Positions 34,808-40,420 of a stretch of 40,420 bases of DNA are shown here, in pieces. Under the pieces are notes generated by a model, which saw only the letters and a list, made by a program, of their open reading frames with translations, searched no databases and was not told where the DNA came from. The translations under genes and the position numbers were made by a program. Within the stretch, counting starts at the first letter, position 1; every line of letters begins with the position of its first letter. The stretch comes from Raillietiella orientalis (taxonomy: Eukaryota), in contig JAYWIR010000005.1 in NCBI GenBank assembly GCA_036172245.1, positions 6,200,001 to 6,240,420 of the forward strand. The letters run 5' to 3'.

Positions 34808-37697
34808 TTTATCACCCGGGTGCGCCGGGGCGTTTATTGAAAACTATCCGGGAACAGAGTTCTTGGACAAAGGAAAAACAAGAGACGAAGGGGGTGGGAA
34901 CCCTGACACGCAGGTCGGTATGCCAAAAGTCCGGAACGGGAAGGAGGCGACCACAAATACACTACTATAAAAAATAAAAAGAAAAACATGGAGGGCAGGG
35001 GACAGGGGTCTTTGGTTTCTGCCGTTCCTTCCTTTCAGAACCGGCGATGGATAACGGCGATCTCTCTCCTCACGCTCTCTGGTAGGTGGGCTTGCTAGGC
35101 AGCCGACGACATGCTCGCGCTGGCTAATCCGGTGGGCAGACGAAGGATGGCCAGCTTCTCCAACTCTCGGTGGGCCTTGTCGATGGCGCGGGTGCAACAG
35201 ACCGTTGCAACGACAGCACCCGAAGACAGGCCGCCTGGCGTGAAGAAGCGGCGCATCAAGTCCCTCGCGGCGTCCCCCTGGTGCAGGAGAGCTGAGGCCA
35301 GCCTCCGCCACAGTCCTAGGAGGGCACCGCAGTCCAGGAGCAGGTACGGGAGCGTTTCCACTTCCCAGCACCGCTTACAGCTTGGGGAACAACTCTCCTG
35401 GAAACACGGTTCGTCCGCTGGTTGGAGTGAAAACCCCAATGCACCAGCATGATGACGTCCTGCTTCCACAAAAGGGGGAACACAGAAGTGTTCAAACAGA
35501 AGGGAGGGACCACAAGTTCTTCGGGGGCACACTCAAGTGTTCACTCCACCGAAGGAGTCCCTTCGGAACGTGGCGAGGCGTGGCGGCGTCCGCCAGCTCG
35601 CAAGTCCTCCAGCCGCCAATAGGTAGTGTTGTTCCTGCGATGGTGCAGGCGACCTCCCATCTCGCCGGTTCGCAGCTGTCATCTCTTTCCCTGAGGGCTG
35701 ACAGCGCGTCGGCGAGGGGCGTGACGGCCAGACGAGTCCACTTCTCCTGGCTGTTGCACATCTCATCCACTGTGCAGTACGGAGAGAGGTGAACGCAACG
35801 GATTTCCAGAAGAGAAACATCCTGGTGCTTTGCCCAGCCATGCAACGGTTCCTGCCGCCAGGCTTCAAAGTTCGTTGGGCGGCAGGAGATCCATTCCTGG
35901 ACTCCCAGGAGCCGGTAGAGGGGTTTCAAGGGGAAACCGAAACTTGTCGTGGGGTGCTCCGTGTGCGGACGCAGCGACAGAAGTCCGTCGCTGCCGGTGC
36001 AGCGCCGCAGAAGCAGGCACGCGGTAGCGCACCACGGAGTGGACCAAAGGTTGGCGCACACGGCCAACATCCGAAGGTGCACCTGCAGCTCGATTCTCTC
36101 CAGCGTCAGGATGCCTAAGCCGGCATCCCGACGCGGAGCCGCCAAGTCTTCGAGGCGTATCCTGGACCTCGCAGGTCCCCACAGAGCGTTCCTCAACAGG
36201 CTGTGCGCCTGGAGCTTGGCCGAGTAGGGGGGCGGGCAAACAAAAAGCAGGGGGCGCAAGAGAGGGGCAACGAAGGTGTTCCATATCGTGGCCCGCTCCG
36301 GCAGGACGAACCTGCCATGGTGGAACGGGCTCAGGGCATTCGTAGCCTTCCGAAGGCAGTACGACCACACTTCCACTGGGCTGATGTTTGCTAGCGGAAC
36401 ACCCAGATATTGCACGGACGAAGCGGTCGGGATCCCCAGGCGGATCCATTCGGACTGCCCCTCCCACGCCGCACCAATGGGTACGACCACGCTCTTGCTC
36501 CGGTTTACGCTCATGCCCGCTCCCCGGCGAATCAGCTCGAAGAAATCCTTGAGACTGGACACCAGGGTGGTCATGGGTAAGAGGAGAAGCAGGTCGTCAG
36601 CATAGGCCGCCACGGACGGCGTTCCTGGACAAAAGCTCGGCAGGTTGGCCAGCGTCAGCCTGTACGCCCTCAGCACCAACTCAAAGAAGATGCTGAAGAG
36701 CAACGGGCTTAAGCTGTCTCCCTGCCTGATACCCCGCCGTATGGGAACACCGTACACGTGGCGCCCGCTGAAAGAGATACACCATAACGCGTGGTGCCAG
36801 CAGGAGCGCAAGTAGGCGAGGAGGTGCGTCGGGAGTCCAGTGCGTCCCAGAAGCTCCAGAAGGAGGTCCTGGCTTACGCTGTCGAACGCTTTATGCAGAT
36901 CGACTGAGATCGCTAGGGCCCCCTTCTCCACCTGGCAGTCCTGTTCCTGCCCGGCTGACGCCCCCAAAGCGGGGCTGCCAATCGTTCCCTCTTCCATTTC
37001 TTCACTACTCTGCACATGAAACCATGTGCTCGCGAAGAAGAGGTTGGCCTCCATACTTCGCCCGGGAACAGCGTAAGTCTGCTCCGGGCTAATTATGGAA
37101 TTGGCCACCTGCCCCAGACGCGAAGCCCACAGTCCGACGATCAGCTTGGCGTGTGTATTCACAATTGTGATCTGACGCCAGTTGCTGAGTTTCCTGAGGT
37201 CTCCTCCTTTCGGAAGGAGCCTCACACTGGCTGACCGAAACGAGGCAGGTACATCGACTTCATCTCGGATCAGCCTTGTCAACTGAAGCACCAGGGGTGC
37301 CAACTCTGCCGCGCAGCATTGAGAAAACTCCGCGGGCAGACCGTCCTCTCCTGGTGCTTTTTGCCTCTTGAACCTTTTGATACCGGCGAGAATTTCGCCG
37401 GTGGTAAAAGGCTCGTCGAGGCTTTCCTTCTCCTCCTCCCCTATTGCCGGGACACCGTCCGGCAGCAAGCGCCGAGAGGCATCTTGTTCCGGAGGCGCCC
37501 TGGCGTAAAGGGAGGAATAATAACGCCGCACAAGGTGCCGTATTCTAGCCGGAGCCGAGTGCTCCCGGTCCTGGTCGTCCAGCAAGCTGGCCGACCCGGA
37601 TTGCCAAACTTGACGTTCGGCCCCGGCTCGGTACTCTGCCAGGCGACGGACATTGGGGGTCCTCGCGTAACGACGGGCATACAAGTACGCTCTTTCG
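34808..37697 (-). mobile_element. L1/Tx1-type element A: ORF2 (no APE) + 3'UTR
   Basis: Best-preserved RT in the window; end AATAAACGCCCCGGCGCACCCGGGTGATAAA. Confidence 0.95.
35035..37697 (-). pseudogene. Non-LTR reverse transcriptase (ORF2), 5'-truncated, frameshifted near 35.5 kb
   Basis: Track ORF 35492-37849: KAPGEDGLP, NWRQITIVN, EQTYAVPGRS, DLHKAFDSV, GIRQGDSLSPLLF, AYADD, YLGVPL. Zinc finger CKRCWEVETLPYLLLDC lies in a shifted frame. The track's first ~50 aa are antisense 5'UTR of E. Confidence 0.93.
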
Positions 37698-37792
37698 TTA
37701 CGTAAGGACGTGTTTTTCCTCCGCTCCCGAGTGAGTCGACAGGAAGCGGTTTTTTCTGTGTGTTTTTTTGTGTGGAACATCGTTGGTGTCCG

Positions 37793-39571
37793 ATGGCAGC
37801 GATGCCTGAGGACACCACGATGGAGGTAGGTGTAGGGGAGGCTTGCCATCCCCCACAGCCTACAGAATCAGGGGCGTCCGCCCCGGAATCGCCTTTGCCG
37901 CTCAAGGCGAGGAGCTGGAGCGCCATGGTGGCCGCGCCGAGCGCGGAAACCATGGCCGAGATGGCAGCCTACCGGGCAGCTGGGTAAAAGCCCAGTCTGG
38001 TATACCAGGTAAGCAATCTCTTCGACGGGCGAACTGCACGCGCTTTTTCGAAGGCGCTGCAGAACGCCAACGTATAAGAGAAGGATCTTGACGGTCTATC
38101 CGTGCTGAGCGGGGGTCAGCGCGTCGAGGTTCTCTGCTAGGACATCACCTTGGCGCAAATCTTGATTACTACCCTGCTGAACGTGGAAGGACGCAAGATC
38201 CTGCCAGTCACGATGGACCGCTCCGTAGTGGTCCATCTGACTGGCATCACCAGCCGCATGACGCGGTCTGCGGTTGGTGATCAACTGCGAAAATACGGAG
38301 AAGTTCACGCGCTATGGCCAAAGGCCACAATCTTCGATGGCTACGATAGCCTTTTCGGAGGCCAGGCTGCAGCGCGTGTCACTGTCAATGAGGGTGCTGG
38401 GTTGCCCCACAAACTGGAGATCGCGAAGGAATCCGTCGACCTCTGGTACGTGGAAAAACCCCGCTATTGGTATGCTGGCAAGCCACGGTATTGCGGCTAC
38501 TGCGATGCGGTCGGACACATCCGTAAGAGGTGCCCGAACATCGTATGCTACTTGTGCGGGGAGAAGGGACACGTCCGTCGCGTGTGCCCTAAACGCCCCA
38601 CCCCAATTTCCTCGGCCGCCAAAAAGGCGCAAGCGAAAAGCGCGGGGAAACAAAAATTAGAAAACCGTGAAACTGGCCGAGAAAAGCTGCCAATAACCCA
38701 AGCTCCAAGCGCGGCATCGGAGAAAAATCTTCCCGAAACCGCAGAGGGTGAACAGGGCTGGCAGCTAGTCAAAGCCAAAAAAGAAAAAAAGGACAAGCAT
38801 GTCCCGAAGAAAGGAGAGAAGGCGGCGGCCGGAACAAAAGCTCAATCCGTGTCGCGCGTAAAAACTCTCCGAGAATGCACGGTCACGCAGGAACGCATTG
38901 ACGTTCCCGCCGACACCACCGGAGGCGATACGGCTTCGATCGATTTTCCCGCCGCGACGAATGCGCGCGAAAACCCACCCCCCGTTTGCGAAGAGGGTCA
39001 GCCGGACGACAAAATCGCCGAAACCAAGGACGCAGCCTTCGAGAAGGCCGCCGAGGAGCTTGCGGCAACGCTTGCCGAACGCGAGAACCCCTCGCGAAAA
39101 AGGTTGCGTAGGCCGGCAGCGGCTAAAGTGGCCCCCGCAGGTGAGTCGGACCGGGAGGCCGGAAGTGCATCCTTCTCTGCGGAAGCACCACCAAGGAAAG
39201 CGGGGCGAAAATCCCAGAAACCCCGAAGGTGCATTGCGCCTCCGCGCGAGGGGGATCCAATGGTGGAGGAACCAGTGGATGGCAGCGTGGGAGCCCAAGT
39301 CGGACATCACCCACGTGCGGAAGCCGACGAGGAGGCGACTCCAATGGAGGAGGGTAACCAGGGGTCAGCAATGCCCTCTGAAACCGCCGAACCTGAACCA
39401 CCCGCACCAATGGATGTGGGCCAACAGGTACGAACAACACCCCCTTCGCACGGGCAGCCGGAGACGTCGGCACGAAAGAAGGATGGGGAGTTGGTGGGCA
39501 AGACGCCAACCCCGTCCAGCGACCCGCCCCAAAAGGTGGCGGGAGCTCCACCGCCAAGTTCCCAGGAATAA
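37793..39571 (+). pseudogene. ORF1 gag-like protein with two CCHC knuckles; three in-frame stops in the N-terminal part
   Basis: CGYCDAVGHIRKRC and CYLCGEKGHVRRVC; track ORFs 37760-37987 and 38150-39571 are in the same frame. Confidence 0.9.
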
Positions 39572-40420
39572 CACCTGGACTCGCCTGTCGCCGTCGGATC
39601 CGCGCGGCCAGTTGGAATGTTAACGGGCTGCGCGACGACGGAAACAGACGAGATACAGCCGCCACCTTGCGAGATTTCGACCTGGTACTTTTGCAGGAGA
39701 TCCACGTGATCACCGCAAAAGACGCCCAGGAGATCGAAACGATTGCGGGAGGGCGGTTGTACTGGCGATGCGGCGCCCGCAACACTTGTGGGGTCGCGTT
39801 CTTCCTAAAGCCAGCCATTAACGCGGCCGTGAAGGGCGTGCGCTTTGGGGACGACGGACGGATCGGCCAACTGATTCTCAGATGGTCCGATTCGATCGAC
39901 CTCATCGTCACCAATGTGTACGCTCCTAGCGGTAAACAGGGATACCAGCAGCGCAACGCGTTACTGGAAACCTTGAAGCGCGAATGGCTGGTGGACGCGG
40001 ACGTGCGAAAGGCGCATCTGATAGCAGGGGATTTCAACGTCCGTCTGCTCTCAGATCAGCCCGGAGCACAGGGTAACGCGATCAACAAGTTGTGCGCCGC
40101 CATGCGCGCGCGCAACCTGTTGACAGAAATAAGCGGGATGGTCAGCAGCGTGGACCACGTCTTCCTCGACGAAGACCTGTGCACACGGGTCGGAATACGA
40201 GGGACACTTGGATCGACGCTGTCGGACCATTCCCGGTTAGTTTTCGAGATGCGCCCGCGCGACAAGGGACCGCCATCCAGGGATTGGCGTATGCCAGGGG
40301 ACTGGACGCGCCTGTCAGGAGCGAAAGAACATCTTCGCGAATTCCTGCGAGGCGTCAGCCTCCAGAGTCTCGCGGATTGGGACCTATTTAAGGACTCGGT
40401 CCGGGAGTTCTGCGAACAGT
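39571..40420 (+). CDS. ORF2 APE endonuclease domain, open to the window edge, no AUG start
   Basis: SWNVNGL, LLQEIH, GVAFF, NVYAP, IAGDFN, VDHVF, SDH; no stop codon in frame. Confidence 0.92.

Larger units (their letters stand above)
37706..40420 (+). mobile_element. L1/Tx1-type element E: 5'UTR, ORF1, APE; runs off the right edge
   Basis: GGACGTGTTTTT start, 5'UTR shared with F, ORF1 followed by ORF2. Confidence 0.95.

Noticed and set aside
1..40420. Prokaryotic RT systems (retron, DGR, group II intron, CRISPR)
   Set aside because: The RT is linked to APE, CCHC ORF1, AATAAA ends and TSDs, and U1 is present, so these are eukaryotic non-LTR elements. No repeat-spacer array was seen.

Overview
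This is eukaryotic DNA consisting almost entirely of nested, decayed non-LTR retrotransposons; no intact host gene is recognisable. Most of it is about 20 fragments from several subfamilies of one L1/Tx1-type family. That family has ORF1 with CCHC knuckles, ORF2 with APE endonuclease + RT + C-terminal zinc finger, a 5' GGACGTG motif, and a 3' end of AATAAA plus a CCGG/CCGG hairpin. Also present are a Utopia/NeSL-like restriction-endonuclease (RLE) element, remnants of other LINEs, an AT-rich inverted-repeat pair, and an unexplained AT-rich stretch (6.0-12.3 kb). Strongest observation: all three 3' ends of one subfamily (hairpin loop ending GAAAT/AAAAT) sit antisense at the same nucleotide of the RT motif D-x-x-K-A-F-D, in three mutually diverged target sequences. 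A fourth, 5'-side junction fits a ~14-15 bp target-site duplication (TSD) at that site. This suggests a LINE that site-specifically inserts into the RT catalytic motif of its relatives. Other notable points are a U1 snRNA fragment inserted in frame, via dual microhomology, inside the RLE active site; a conserved ORF1-stop/ORF2-start overlap that is TAATG in one copy and non-AUG in three; and an APE domain apparently lacking the target-recognition hairpin loop. All family assignments come from motif recognition by eye, not database searches.
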